Notes: generated by a model from the sequence alone, not told the origin. A stretch of DNA of 64,000 nt from an uncultured Candidatus Bathyarchaeia archaeon (GCA_964608455.1 CAZSNM010000001.1:11030-75029); one strand, 5' to 3'; numbered from the stretch's first letter, positions 18,816 through 29,288 are shown. Program-made: numbers and translations.

Positions 18816-20156
18816 TCATCTAAAAAATTCCTTATAAATTGCGTTGATAGCCTTTTTTAATTTCCCTACTTTAATAATAAAAATGAGATTGGAACTGCTT
18901 GAGCTTTTTGCAATCATTAATATTTCAATATTGTTTTTACCAAGCACCATTATTAAATGCTCTAATACGGTTGTATTATGTTTTAAAAATTCTCCTGTAA
19001 CGCTTAAAGCTCCTACATTTTTTCCTTTCACATTTGGTTTATAACCTTTTTTTTCTAAATTTTCTTTAAGGATCAATTCCACTCTCCTTTTTGAAATAAA
19101 CATATGTTTGGGGCTAATAGTTATTGAAATCTCATTTGCTGAAGTAGCAACATCATAAACATCGACCCCATTGCTTGATAAAATTTCTGTTACACTAGTT
19201 AAGTAGCCTCTTCCTTCAGGAGTATTCATAAGCTCATCGTTTATAGTTAATAAATAGAATTTTCTTGCTGAAACTCCAGCTATTGGATTTCTATAATTTG
19301 TTGCTGTTTCCCTACATATTAAGGTTGAGGCTTCGCTTTTAAGGTTTTTAACTTTAATTATGATATTATGGGTTTTAGCGATTTTAATGGCTAATGGATG
19401 AATAGCTTCAATCCCCCTCCAAGTCAATTCTCCAGCTTCTTCATAACTTAACTTTGAAATAACCTTGGTTCTTCCATATTTAGGTTCAACAATATATATT
19501 CCTGGCACATCTTTAACTATTTCATAATCTGCTCTTATAGCTGCTGCAACAATGGCTCCTGTAACATCAGTGCTATTTCTACCTAAAAGTTTATATGAAC
19601 CTGTTTCTAATTCTTTACCAACAAAACCTCCAACAATAGGTATAACATCATCATTTAGATACTTTTCTAAACTTTCCTTAACATTTTTTACACTTAAATC
19701 TTCCTTTATAACCCCTTTAGAATCAACTATTATTCCAACTTTATATCCATCAATATAAATTGAGTTATACCCTAAATTTTTTAAAAAATGAGAAAGAATA
19801 ATTCCAGAATGATTTTCACCTGTTGAAACAAATTGATCATAAGTTATATTTTCTTTTAATCTTTTTAATTCATCATTTAAAAGTTTAAATGCCTCTTCTC
19901 TAATATTTAAGTTTGAAATACCTTTAAGAATTTCTTTATATCTATTTTTTAGATTTAAAATTGTTTCTTCATTTCGTTCTTCATAAAGCTTAATTAAAGT
20001 ATTTGTAACTCCTTTAGGAGCTGAAACCACAGGTACAACATTATATTTTTGAATTAAATTGGTAATATAAAAAGAAACTTCTAAAAAGCTTTTTTTATTA
20101 CGCAATAGTGAACCGCCAAACTTTGATACAATTCTTCCCTTCATTTTTTCTATCAC
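18816..20156 (-). CDS. Aspartate kinase
   Basis: The amino-acid kinase fold starts at VSKFGGSLL. The 446-aa protein has a C-terminal ACT-like region. Confidence 0.88.
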   Translation of the reverse strand: MIEKMKGRIVSKFGGSLLRNKKSFLEVSFYITNLIQKYNVVPVVSAPKGVTNTLIKLYEERNEETILNLKNRYKEILKGISNLNIREEAFKLLNDELKRLKENITYDQFVSTGENHSGIILSHFLKNLGYNSIYIDGYKVGIIVDSKGVIKEDLSVKNVKESLEKYLNDDVIPIVGGFVGKELETGSYKLLGRNSTDVTGAIVAAAIRADYEIVKDVPGIYIVEPKYGRTKVISKLSYEEAGELTWRGIEAIHPLAIKIAKTHNIIIKVKNLKSEASTLICRETATNYRNPIAGVSARKFYLLTINDELMNTPEGRGYLTSVTEILSSNGVDVYDVATSANEISITISPKHMFISKRRVELILKENLEKKGYKPNVKGKNVGALSVTGEFLKHNTTVLEHLIMVLGKNNIEILMIAKSSSSSNLIFIIKVGKLKKAINAIYKEFFR

Positions 20157-20166
20157 TTAAAAGATT

Positions 20167-20769
20167 TTAAATAGATTCTTGCCATATTTTTTGAAATTCT
20201 TTTTCATAAATTTTAGCTAACTCTATGCTTTTAATAATAATCATATTTTCATTATTTTTTGCTTCAGCATTTAAAGACCAATTGTAACTTCCTGTAATCA
20301 CAATCCATCCATCAATTATTGCTACCTTATTATGCATTAATGCGGGGTTAGAGTCAAGTTTAACATCTACTCCAGCTTTTTTAAGCTTATAATATTCACT
20401 ATACTCATTTAGCTGCTCCCTTTCTAAAATAACTTTAACTTCAACACCACGTTTATATGCTGCTACTAAAGCGTCGCCTACGTCATCTAAAGTAAAACTA
20501 TAAATCATAATATGAATTGAAAAATTTGCTTTATTAAACCAATAAATTAGCTTTTCTTTACAACCACCATTAGGTGAAAAATAAACTTCATATAAAACTG
20601 AGTGATTCACCGTTTTATTTTCTTCTATGCAACAAGCAGCTACTGTTAAAGTTTTAGTTATAACCATTTTGCTTTTCGCTTGAGTATTCCAGGCAGTTGC
20701 ACCAACTATGACTCCAGCTAAAAAGGAAAGAATCAAAAGGAAACCAATTATGGTTTTCTTCATTTTCAC
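20167..20769 (-). CDS. Phospholipase D-family (Nuc-like) nuclease with N-terminal signal/TM anchor
   Basis: A single HKD motif, HNKVAIIDGWIVITGSYNWS, preceded by an N-terminal hydrophobic segment. Confidence 0.8.
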   Translation of the reverse strand: MKMKKTIIGFLLILSFLAGVIVGATAWNTQAKSKMVITKTLTVAACCIEENKTVNHSVLYEVYFSPNGGCKEKLIYWFNKANFSIHIMIYSFTLDDVGDALVAAYKRGVEVKVILEREQLNEYSEYYKLKKAGVDVKLDSNPALMHNKVAIIDGWIVITGSYNWSLNAEAKNNENMIIIKSIELAKIYEKEFQKIWQESI

Positions 20770-20841
20770 TCACTAATTTCAAGATATAAAAGATGATAAT
20801 AAATTTTTTGATAAAAACGTTTTTAATGCTTTAGTTTTTAA

Positions 20842-21711
20842 TTAAACTTGAGTTTGCTTTGCTCCACATATTGGACAGAAATTTGCATCTATTGGAATTC
20901 TGGCTCCACATTGAATGCAATACTTTACTTCCTTAAATGTTATTAATGTTTGTTGATGTAAAATCCGCTCTTTAACCAACATAGAATAGTAATAAAGTGT
21001 TAATGAGACAAAATATATGGGCGCGACCAAAGCTGAAATAATGGAAGAAATTAAAAAACTAATATAAATATTTGCTTTACCCGAAATAGATTGAATAGCT
21101 CCAGTGATAAACGATGTAGCTCCAACCATAATTGTTAAAATTAGCATTAAACCAAAAGTTTTCATCCATCGTTTTGCTACAAGTTTCTTGCTCCTTTTTA
21201 AGCTTGAAATAATCCCTTTCTCCTCTACTATAATCGCCGGAATAAAAAGAAAAAATATTATTGAGAAAATTATTCCTGGAATAACTAAAGCCATAAAACC
21301 CACTACAATTAATAAACCTGAAATAACGCTTGCTGCTAATAAAACAAACAGTTTTTTGGCTACAACTTTAAAAGCTTCGATCAAACCTACAGTTTTTTCC
21401 TCAAGCAAACTAGATGTATATTTAATAACTATTCCTCCGGCAACCATATTTAAAATCCAACCCACTATCGCAACAAGTAACGCTATAATAAAGAATATTT
21501 TCAACTGTGAAATTAAAGCATTAAAGTTATTTTCAAAAGTTGCTTGAAAAGGAATATAAATTGAGGCAACACTAACTATTAAGCTTATTAACACGTTTGA
21601 AACAAGCATTGGAGTAAACACTTCTATAAAATGACTTTTGTAAATTGTTATGGCTTGAAGTAAAACTTCAAAATTACTAAGCTCTCTTAAAGGTTTTTTA
21701 ATTTCATCCAT
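20842..21711 (-). CDS. Polytopic membrane protein (DUF4013-like) with C-terminal C4 zinc ribbon (paralog of 17900..18676)
   Basis: The C-terminus VKYCIQCGARIPIDANFCPICGAKQTQV is nearly identical in motif to the paralog. Multiple TM helices. Confidence 0.6.
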   Translation of the reverse strand: MDEIKKPLRELSNFEVLLQAITIYKSHFIEVFTPMLVSNVLISLIVSVASIYIPFQATFENNFNALISQLKIFFIIALLVAIVGWILNMVAGGIVIKYTSSLLEEKTVGLIEAFKVVAKKLFVLLAASVISGLLIVVGFMALVIPGIIFSIIFFLFIPAIIVEEKGIISSLKRSKKLVAKRWMKTFGLMLILTIMVGATSFITGAIQSISGKANIYISFLISSIISALVAPIYFVSLTLYYYSMLVKERILHQQTLITFKEVKYCIQCGARIPIDANFCPICGAKQTQV

Positions 21712-21717
21712 TTTTAT

Positions 21718-22287
21718 TCACCTTTTATAAATTTTTAAAACTCTAATTGTAAGCATTGTTCCGATTAAAATTAATATTGCGCATAAAATAAATGTTTGTC
21801 TAAAACCTATTGTATCTGATAGAAAACCTCCAAGCCCAGGGCCAATTATCCATCCAAAATACCAAGTCATATTATATATGCCTATGGCTTCCCCCTTATG
21901 TTCCGATGGAACAGAATCTGTTATTAAAGCTACTCCTGAAACTCCTAAAGCTGCCCATGCTATACCTTCAATAGCTTGAATAATATACATACCTATTAAA
22001 GTTTTAGCTAAAGAATAGGAAAGAAAAACTATGAAAAATAAACTCATTGAAATTAATAAAATTAACTTAGAGCCTATTTTATCTGAAATTTTACCAAATA
22101 AAGGTGCTGCTACAGCCCCTCCAATAGAGCCTATTGTAAACACAACACCTATTTGTGTTTTAGACGCCCCTAAATCAGCTATAAACAACGATAAAATGGA
22201 GTAAATCATTCCAGAGCAAACTGTAAGTGGAAAAAGGGAAATGCAAATCCAGTAAACATTTCGTTTTGGCATAATAATCCCTCCCAA
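21718..22287 (-). CDS. Six-TM MFS-like half transporter (possible truncated MFS)
   Basis: MFS motif A-like FGKISDKIGSK between TM2 and TM3. At 189 aa it is half the size of a canonical MFS. Confidence 0.45.
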   Translation of the reverse strand: MGGIIMPKRNVYWICISLFPLTVCSGMIYSILSLFIADLGASKTQIGVVFTIGSIGGAVAAPLFGKISDKIGSKLILLISMSLFFIVFLSYSLAKTLIGMYIIQAIEGIAWAALGVSGVALITDSVPSEHKGEAIGIYNMTWYFGWIIGPGLGGFLSDTIGFRQTFILCAILILIGTMLTIRVLKIYKR

Positions 22288-22517
22288 AATTTAGGTAAAT
22301 AAATGTAAAATTGTCAACTGCTAATAGGAACAAATAATACTACTAAAGAAGGGGGGACAAAATATTCTTAGTTTATCGATTTATTTAAAGTTTGCTTATC
22401 CATAATCTATTTTTATAAATATAATACTAAATAGATTTTATTCTTTCTCTACATCATATTTTCAAATCTTAATCAATCTCTTAACATTTTAATAGAAAAT
22501 CTTAAATTTTAAAAATA

Positions 22518-24719
22518 ATGATCTTTAATTTAATGAATAAAAAACTTTTTTCTGAACTTGAATTATTCCAAGATGAAATTTCAAAAATCTTTAAAGAAAA
22601 CCCTTTAAAATTAATTAAATTCTCTGCTGTTTTAAAAAGTATTTTTAAAAATTTAAATGTAGATGAAGGTTTAAAAAATGAAGTTTTAATTCTTCTTTGC
22701 AAAGGTTTAGTTTTTAATAAAAAAACTTTTAGAAATATACCTAATCTTGAGCAATTAATTAATGAATATGAAAATTCCAGTGCAGTTTTGCTAGATTATT
22801 CTAAATGTTTTTTTGCTAAAGCTATTTCTAAAATTTTTAATGAAAAAATAAGCAAATATAAAAATGAAGCTGCAAGAAGGCTTTTTTTAAGAGATTTATG
22901 CGAATTAACAGATGTTTTACATCCCCTTTCATTAGAGAAACTTTTAATAAAAATTGATAAGCTTCAAGCTAATGAAAGAACAAATACGCTTTTTATAGAG
23001 TTTACAAATAATCTAGAGGAGTTAATTTACTCAAAATGGAATCCAGATTTGGAAGTTGAAAAGAAAATTGATGAAGCGCAAAATGAAATAAATGTTTATA
23101 TGGCTAGAATGGAGAATTTATCAGGTTTTAAAAGGGGATCAATTGGGAACTATCAAGAAGGATTAATAATTCACTGCTTTTTTGATCCCTGGTTTGATGA
23201 AAAATCTCCACTTTGGGGCGTTAGCTTCTATCCTATTTTAAATATTTTAAATTTGCAACCACCTTACATTTTTTTTGATGTTTTAAGAAGAGGATTATTA
23301 GCTAGAGAAGCAGCTCATTTTTTTACTCCAAGTATAATGGAAAAAATGGAGAAGGCTTATGAACAAATGGATTATTGCGCTTATAAAATTCTTGATGATT
23401 TTGAAGCTGAATTTTGGGAGTTTGCTAGACATGGATTAAGAGAAGAATCTAAACAATTTGATGGAATAAACTACTATTTAGAATGGGAAGCTATTATTGG
23501 AAAGGATTTTTTAAATAATCTTTTTTCCAGATTAAAAAGCATTAGTCGCTTTAGAGCTGAAATTGATTTTTCAGAATATCAATCAATAGTTGATTCTTTA
23601 GCTTTAAAACCTAAACGTATTGAATTAAATCAAGAAGAACTTTCTTTATTAAGCTTTTTATCTGAAAAACCTTTAGCTTCAGTTAGTGAGCTTTCCCAAA
23701 AATCTGGTTTAACCATACCAACTGTTCAAAAACTTCTTAAAACTCTTAAGCTTAAAGCTAATATTTGGCCAAGCCTCTTAGTAGACTTAAATAAACTTAA
23801 TATAAAATGCTTTTTAGTTTTTTTAAAGGTTATTCCACGTATATTAAATGAAGTAATTAATATCATTTGGCTTTTTCCTTATTGCGGAAGAATTTATAAA
23901 GTTTTTGGAGAAACAAATATGTTATGCTATTTTCAAATTCCATCAAGAAATGAAGATTTCATTCATGAATATTTATCTATTCTTAAAAGAATGGATTTAA
24001 TAGAGAAAACCTTCCTTTTTAAAGTTGAAGATTTCTATTACAATTTTAACCCAAGATTTTATGATGCAAATATTCATGATTGGAATGTGCCTTGGGATGA
24101 ATGGGGTCTTTGGCTTAAAGAATATCTTTTAACAAAAGGATGGTTGCATGCAATTAAATGTAAAAAAGAGCAAAAAAGAAAAATTAAAATAAATAGGGTT
24201 GATCTTGAAATAATTCGTTTATTAAGAGTTAATGCCAGATATCCATTTTCTGAATTGGGGTTAAAACTAGGTGTTAGCGGAGCCTATATTGGACAAAGAG
24301 TTAGAAACTTAATAAATTCTAAAGTCATAACACCTGCAATTGCATCTTTTAGAATAGGTTTAGATGAATCCATTTTTGCCGTTTTTGATTGTGAAGAAGA
24401 GGAATTAACCGCTATTAAATCTGCTTTTGATGAATTACCCATGTGGCAAGGATTTAAAATAAGTGGTGATATGGAAGGGTTAGCCTCAATGATTTATGTT
24501 CCAACGGGTGAAACTCAAGAGCTTCTCTACGCTATAAGCAAATATTTAATTGAATCCAAAATAGTTAACAAATGTATGATTCATATTATAGAGCGATGGA
24601 CTGGAATGAGAAGATGGCTTCCAACAGAATTATATACTAAAGATGGTGAATGGATTTTTAATAAAGAAGAATATTTGGAACGATTAAAAGAAGAAATTGA
24701 AAAATTAAATAAAGAATGA
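22518..24719 (+). CDS. Large hypothetical protein with an unknown N-terminal domain (~370 aa) and two tandem Lrp/AsnC-like winged-HTH + effector-domain-like modules
   Basis: Module 1 is ELSLLSFLSEKPLASVSELSQKSGLTIPTVQKLLKTL. Module 2 is DLEIIRLLRVNARYPFSELGLKLGVSGAYIGQRVRNLINSKVI...FRIGLDE. Size is 733 aa. Confidence 0.5.
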   Translation: MIFNLMNKKLFSELELFQDEISKIFKENPLKLIKFSAVLKSIFKNLNVDEGLKNEVLILLCKGLVFNKKTFRNIPNLEQLINEYENSSAVLLDYSKCFFAKAISKIFNEKISKYKNEAARRLFLRDLCELTDVLHPLSLEKLLIKIDKLQANERTNTLFIEFTNNLEELIYSKWNPDLEVEKKIDEAQNEINVYMARMENLSGFKRGSIGNYQEGLIIHCFFDPWFDEKSPLWGVSFYPILNILNLQPPYIFFDVLRRGLLAREAAHFFTPSIMEKMEKAYEQMDYCAYKILDDFEAEFWEFARHGLREESKQFDGINYYLEWEAIIGKDFLNNLFSRLKSISRFRAEIDFSEYQSIVDSLALKPKRIELNQEELSLLSFLSEKPLASVSELSQKSGLTIPTVQKLLKTLKLKANIWPSLLVDLNKLNIKCFLVFLKVIPRILNEVINIIWLFPYCGRIYKVFGETNMLCYFQIPSRNEDFIHEYLSILKRMDLIEKTFLFKVEDFYYNFNPRFYDANIHDWNVPWDEWGLWLKEYLLTKGWLHAIKCKKEQKRKIKINRVDLEIIRLLRVNARYPFSELGLKLGVSGAYIGQRVRNLINSKVITPAIASFRIGLDESIFAVFDCEEEELTAIKSAFDELPMWQGFKISGDMEGLASMIYVPTGETQELLYAISKYLIESKIVNKCMIHIIERWTGMRRWLPTELYTKDGEWIFNKEEYLERLKEEIEKLNKE

Positions 24720-24738
24720 TTTTTGTAGGGGCATTATA

Positions 24739-25938
24739 ATGAATAAGCAAACCATTTGTATGAAGGACCTTCTTAAGTTTAGAAAAGATTTATGGATTTT
24801 ATCTTTTGCAGTTTTTCTTCCTTATTTTGCTTCAGGAATGATTGCTGCATTTATAATGGTTTGGCTTAGAGAGTTAGGGGCTTCATTTATTGATGTGGGT
24901 TTAATCAACACTGTTAGCAACCTAGTTTTAGCTTCATCCTTTTTTATTGGAGGGATTTTAAGCGATAATTATAGTGGAAAACCAATATTTTTTTTAGGTT
25001 TATTTTTAACTTTTCTTTCTTCATTGATTTATGGAATTGCAGCATGGCTTCCTATTTGGTTTCTGGTTGGTTTAGGTTTAATTTTTGGTCGAATAGCTAT
25101 AGGATTTAGAGAATCATCATCCTTTCAAATAGTTTATGAAACTTCAGAAAAACATAAGAAAGGCTCATCTTTTGGTCTTTTATCAACCTTTAGACAATTG
25201 GGTTATATAATTGGCCCTATTATAGGAGGATTAATAGCATACTTTTTTGGGTTAAAAGCTCCATTTATATTAGCTCCATTTATAATTCTTATGGCAATAC
25301 CTCTTATTATTAAAATAGGCTTAAAAGAAAATAAATCTGCTAACTTAAGTATGTCTTCATCATTTAAAGAAATTAGAAAGTTTTTAAACTTAAGTTCTGG
25401 AGTATCGATTTTGATTTTTCTTTCTTTATGGGATCAATTCTTTTTAGAAATTGGAAATCCATTCTATATGATTTTTCTTAATGAGGAATTTAATGCTCCA
25501 CCATATATGCTTGGATTATGTTTTACAGTTATGTCTTTAAGCACATTTGTTTTCAGTATGGTGGGAGGAATTTCATCAGACTTAATTGGAAAAAGAAAGC
25601 CATTAATAACTCTTGGAACTTTATTAATGGCTTTAAGCGTTGGTTTAGTTGCTTTCGCATTTAATCCATGGATGTTTGTAGCCAGCTATTTTATAGCTGG
25701 TGTTTCAACAGCAATTTCTAATACTGCTATTCCATCTTATTTTGCGGATGTTTTAAAAGAGAGAGCCTCAACAATTTTTGGTTTCAAATTTACACTTATG
25801 TATTTTGCTGGAGGAATTGCTCCTTTAATTTCAGGTTGGATAATTCAAGCTTTTAATTCTTTAAGGCTTCCATTTATAATAAACTTTATAGGTTTAATTA
25901 TAGAAATTTTTCTTTTAATAATTTTCTTTAAAGAATAA
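24739..25938 (+). CDS. MFS transporter (12 TM)
   Basis: 399 aa with about 12 hydrophobic helices and a two-repeat organisation. Confidence 0.75.
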   Translation: MNKQTICMKDLLKFRKDLWILSFAVFLPYFASGMIAAFIMVWLRELGASFIDVGLINTVSNLVLASSFFIGGILSDNYSGKPIFFLGLFLTFLSSLIYGIAAWLPIWFLVGLGLIFGRIAIGFRESSSFQIVYETSEKHKKGSSFGLLSTFRQLGYIIGPIIGGLIAYFFGLKAPFILAPFIILMAIPLIIKIGLKENKSANLSMSSSFKEIRKFLNLSSGVSILIFLSLWDQFFLEIGNPFYMIFLNEEFNAPPYMLGLCFTVMSLSTFVFSMVGGISSDLIGKRKPLITLGTLLMALSVGLVAFAFNPWMFVASYFIAGVSTAISNTAIPSYFADVLKERASTIFGFKFTLMYFAGGIAPLISGWIIQAFNSLRLPFIINFIGLIIEIFLLIIFFKE

Positions 25939-25961
25939 AGTATTTCACCAAAATCTTCTTT

Positions 25962-28814
25962 TTAAAGCTTCTTTTCAGCTTCAATAATTAATTCAAATAA
26001 TTTATCGTTTACACGATTAACTTTTTGAGCTATAGATTCTACATCAGAAAGATTAAGTTTTCTTCCAGCTAAAGCGTAAACAGCTATTAAACCATATTTT
26101 CTATATAATTTAGCTGTCGCCTCAGCCTCTTTAATAATGTTTTTATTTCTAATTGATTTAGGTCCTTTTTTAAGCGCATTCAAAACCTCCTCCTCTGTAG
26201 TTGAAAGAATCCCAATAAGCTTTGAACCACATTTAGGACAAGAAAAGTTTTTAGGTAAATTTTTTATCAGCATAGTTTTAATAAATTTTTTGCAGGAAAC
26301 ACATATAAAAAGCTTTACTTCATTTAGTATTCTTGCTTTAGTTGCTTCTATAAGAATTCTCTTCATTTTTTCAGGAGGAATTAAATCTGTTTTTTGACCA
26401 ATTTTTTCTATTCCTAATCTAGCTATGGGTGTTGCTTCATTATTATCTTCTACAATTGCCAACTCTATTTCTCCATTTTTAATTTTGTTTAAAACTTCAA
26501 TTGTTTTTGAAACATCTAAGTCTTTATCATAAGTTTCCTTTAAAGCTTCCTTAAAAATAACTGTATCTTCAAAACTTTTAATTAATTGCTTTAAACTTAT
26601 TCTGCCTGCATCAACCCATTTTGAAAGAGCTCCAAAACGTCTTGCAACATGAATGGCTCTTCTCTTAAACAAACCTGTTTTGATAGTTGCTTCATTAATT
26701 AAATCAATTATCTTTTTTGTTTGAGAAAGCTTTTTTAAAATTTCTATGACTTTTCTTTTTCCATAACCTTCAATAGATTGAATAATTATTCTATATGCAT
26801 CTTGTTGAACTCCAACAGTTGAACCTAACTCTTCAGATAACATATGCCCTATAAGCCTAGCTAAGGTTCTATTAACCAGAGTTCCAAAATGGCATGTAAT
26901 AATTGTGTATTCATTCCAATCTTCAATTACAATTCTTTTATCCGTTGGAACAGGATAACCTTTTTCTATTTGTTCCACAGTTTCAGAAACAGCTTTTAAA
27001 ATTGTTTCTTCCTCAACAAAATATTCTTCAGCTATTTTTTTAACAATTTCCTTTAAGCTTCTTCCAGCTTTTAAATTCTCTTCAATAAAAGCTCTTATCG
27101 CACCAACTTCTTGGGAAACCTCAAATGGAACAGGAATTTCTTCTCCAACCCAGCTTGGAATAGCCCCTGTTGGATCATTTATGGGTTTAACATAAATTTT
27201 ATCTCCTCTAAAGCTTTTAATTAACCATGGACTCCCCTTCATAATAAATTTTGTTCCCGGTTCACCATATTCAGCTACAAATGCTTCATCTAAAACCCCT
27301 ATTGACGCATCTGAATCTTCATCAACAACTAAATATTGTTTTTCATCAGGAATCATCGACATTTCCCTAAAGTAATATTCATAAAGCTCCTTAATTTTTT
27401 TAGGCTTTAAGAAAACTTCATCATTAAAGGAAACCCATGCTAATCTTGGGTATCTTGAATGCATATATTCAAGCACCGCTTTAAGATCTTCTTCGGTTAA
27501 ATTTCTATATGGATAAGCTTCCTTAAACATTTCAAGCACCTCATTAAATGTCCAGCGTTTTTTTTGAAGAAGCAAACCTGCTATTTGATGGGTTAAAACA
27601 TCAAAGGGTTTCTCTGGAATTTTAACTTCCTCTAGACTTTCCTGGTAAACTCTTTTAACTATAACCATTGCCTCTAAAGCATCATCTGAATCTAAAGCTA
27701 TTATTGCTCCTTCAGCAATTCTTCCAACTTTATGTCCGCTTCTTCCAATTCTTTGAATTAACCTTGTAACTTGTCTTGGACTCATATATTGAATTACATA
27801 ATCTATTTTGCCTATATCTATACCTAACTCTAAAGAGCTTGTGCAAACAAGCCCCTTTAACTCTCCCTTTTTTAAGCTTTTTTCAGCTGTTACTCTAACA
27901 AGTTTAGCTAAGGAACCATGATGAATAGATATTGGGAAATCAACATCCCAAACCTTAAATCTGCTAGCTAAAACTTCCGCTATAGCTCTTGTATTGGTAA
28001 ATAAAAGAACAGATTCATGAGATTTAATTAAATTTTTCATTATTCTAAGCCTTGCTGCTACTTCAGGATGGGTATAAAGCTTAGCAGCTAATTTATAATC
28101 TTCATCATTAACTGAAGGAAGCAACAATTTAATTTTAGTAGTTCTTTTTATGGGCACTTTCACTATTTCAATCGATCTATTTGTTCCAGCTAAAAATTTA
28201 GCTACGGCTTCTGGACTTCCTATAGTAGCTGATAATCCAATTAATTGAAAATCACTTTTAGTTATCCATCTTAACCTTTCTAAAGCTAGAGAAAGCTGGC
28301 TTCCACGCTTATCCTCAGCTAATTCATGAACTTCATCTATAATAACGTATTTAACGCTTTTTAAATGCTTCTTCATTACTTTACCAACAAGCAAAGCTTG
28401 AAGCGTTTCAGGAGTTGTAATCAACATATGTGGGGGAGATTTAGCCTGTAAGCTTCTTTCTTTTACATCAGTATCGCCATGCCTAACCGAAACTTTTAAT
28501 CCAAGTTTTTTGCACCACCATTCTAGTCTATCTAGCATATCTCGATTTAAAGCTCTTAAAGGCGTTATATAAAGAATATTTATTCCAGGTGAATTATCAC
28601 CTTTAACAAAAAAATTATTTAAAACTGGTAAAACTGCCGCCTCGGTTTTACCAGTTGCTGTTGGAGCTATAAGAAGAACATTTTTTCCTTCAAGAATTAA
28701 AGGAATAGCTTTTTTTTGAGCCTCTGTAGGAAATGAAAACTTTCTTTCTTTAATTGCTTCTTGAATAGGTTTAATAAATAATGAAAAAACGTTTATGGCT
28801 TCAGTTTTCTCCAT
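25962..28814 (-). CDS. lhr: Lhr-like large superfamily-2 helicase (DEAD/DEAH box), with C-terminal zinc finger
   Basis: Walker A APTATGKTEAA, DEVHEL, and helicase C motifs. The 950-aa protein has a C-terminal CVSCKK...CPKCGSK. Confidence 0.9.
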   Translation of the reverse strand: MEKTEAINVFSLFIKPIQEAIKERKFSFPTEAQKKAIPLILEGKNVLLIAPTATGKTEAAVLPVLNNFFVKGDNSPGINILYITPLRALNRDMLDRLEWWCKKLGLKVSVRHGDTDVKERSLQAKSPPHMLITTPETLQALLVGKVMKKHLKSVKYVIIDEVHELAEDKRGSQLSLALERLRWITKSDFQLIGLSATIGSPEAVAKFLAGTNRSIEIVKVPIKRTTKIKLLLPSVNDEDYKLAAKLYTHPEVAARLRIMKNLIKSHESVLLFTNTRAIAEVLASRFKVWDVDFPISIHHGSLAKLVRVTAEKSLKKGELKGLVCTSSLELGIDIGKIDYVIQYMSPRQVTRLIQRIGRSGHKVGRIAEGAIIALDSDDALEAMVIVKRVYQESLEEVKIPEKPFDVLTHQIAGLLLQKKRWTFNEVLEMFKEAYPYRNLTEEDLKAVLEYMHSRYPRLAWVSFNDEVFLKPKKIKELYEYYFREMSMIPDEKQYLVVDEDSDASIGVLDEAFVAEYGEPGTKFIMKGSPWLIKSFRGDKIYVKPINDPTGAIPSWVGEEIPVPFEVSQEVGAIRAFIEENLKAGRSLKEIVKKIAEEYFVEEETILKAVSETVEQIEKGYPVPTDKRIVIEDWNEYTIITCHFGTLVNRTLARLIGHMLSEELGSTVGVQQDAYRIIIQSIEGYGKRKVIEILKKLSQTKKIIDLINEATIKTGLFKRRAIHVARRFGALSKWVDAGRISLKQLIKSFEDTVIFKEALKETYDKDLDVSKTIEVLNKIKNGEIELAIVEDNNEATPIARLGIEKIGQKTDLIPPEKMKRILIEATKARILNEVKLFICVSCKKFIKTMLIKNLPKNFSCPKCGSKLIGILSTTEEEVLNALKKGPKSIRNKNIIKEAEATAKLYRKYGLIAVYALAGRKLNLSDVESIAQKVNRVNDKLFELIIEAEKKL

Positions 28815-28961
28815 ATTTTATCTCCAATTTTATAGTTTGAATAAATTTAAAAGCGTTAAAATAAAAACTAAATTAGTTAAAAAGTTTTAAATGAATTATG
28901 TTAAAATATAGAAGTTTTAAATTTTTAAAGCATTATTATAAATTTTTGGAGAAAAATTAAC

Positions 28962-29282
28962 TTGAGCTTAAATTTAGAGAAAGAATGGCGAGAAAGACTT
29001 GTTAAAACAAATTTAGACCTTATAATTCTTAGACTTCTTAAAGAAAAGCCTAGATGGGGTTATGAAATAAACTTAGAAATAAGAAATAGATTTAAAGTTT
29101 ATTTAAGCGCTGGAACACTTTATCCTCTTCTCCATTCCTTAGAAGATAAAGGGTATATTGAAGGTGCTTGGAAGCCTGAGGGAGGAAGAGAAAAAAGAAT
29201 TTATAAAATAACTTTAAAAGGAGAAGAATTTCTTAATGCTGGAGAAAAAGCTTTAGAAAGAACTTTATTAAAGCGAGAATAA
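28962..29282 (+). CDS. PadR-family transcriptional regulator
   Basis: LIILRLLKEKPRWGYEI...GTLYPLLHSLEDKGYIEG is the PadR winged-helix signature. Confidence 0.85.
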   Translation: MSLNLEKEWRERLVKTNLDLIILRLLKEKPRWGYEINLEIRNRFKVYLSAGTLYPLLHSLEDKGYIEGAWKPEGGREKRIYKITLKGEEFLNAGEKALERTLLKRE

Positions 29283-29288
29283 ATTTTT

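Noticed and set aside
21104-21547. 147-aa plus-strand ORF
   Set aside because: It lies entirely antisense within the DUF4013-like membrane protein gene and is Ile/Lys-rich low-complexity sequence.
22502-22702. 66-aa minus-strand ORF at the start of the 733-aa gene
   Set aside because: Antisense overlap with the long ORF and low-complexity sequence.
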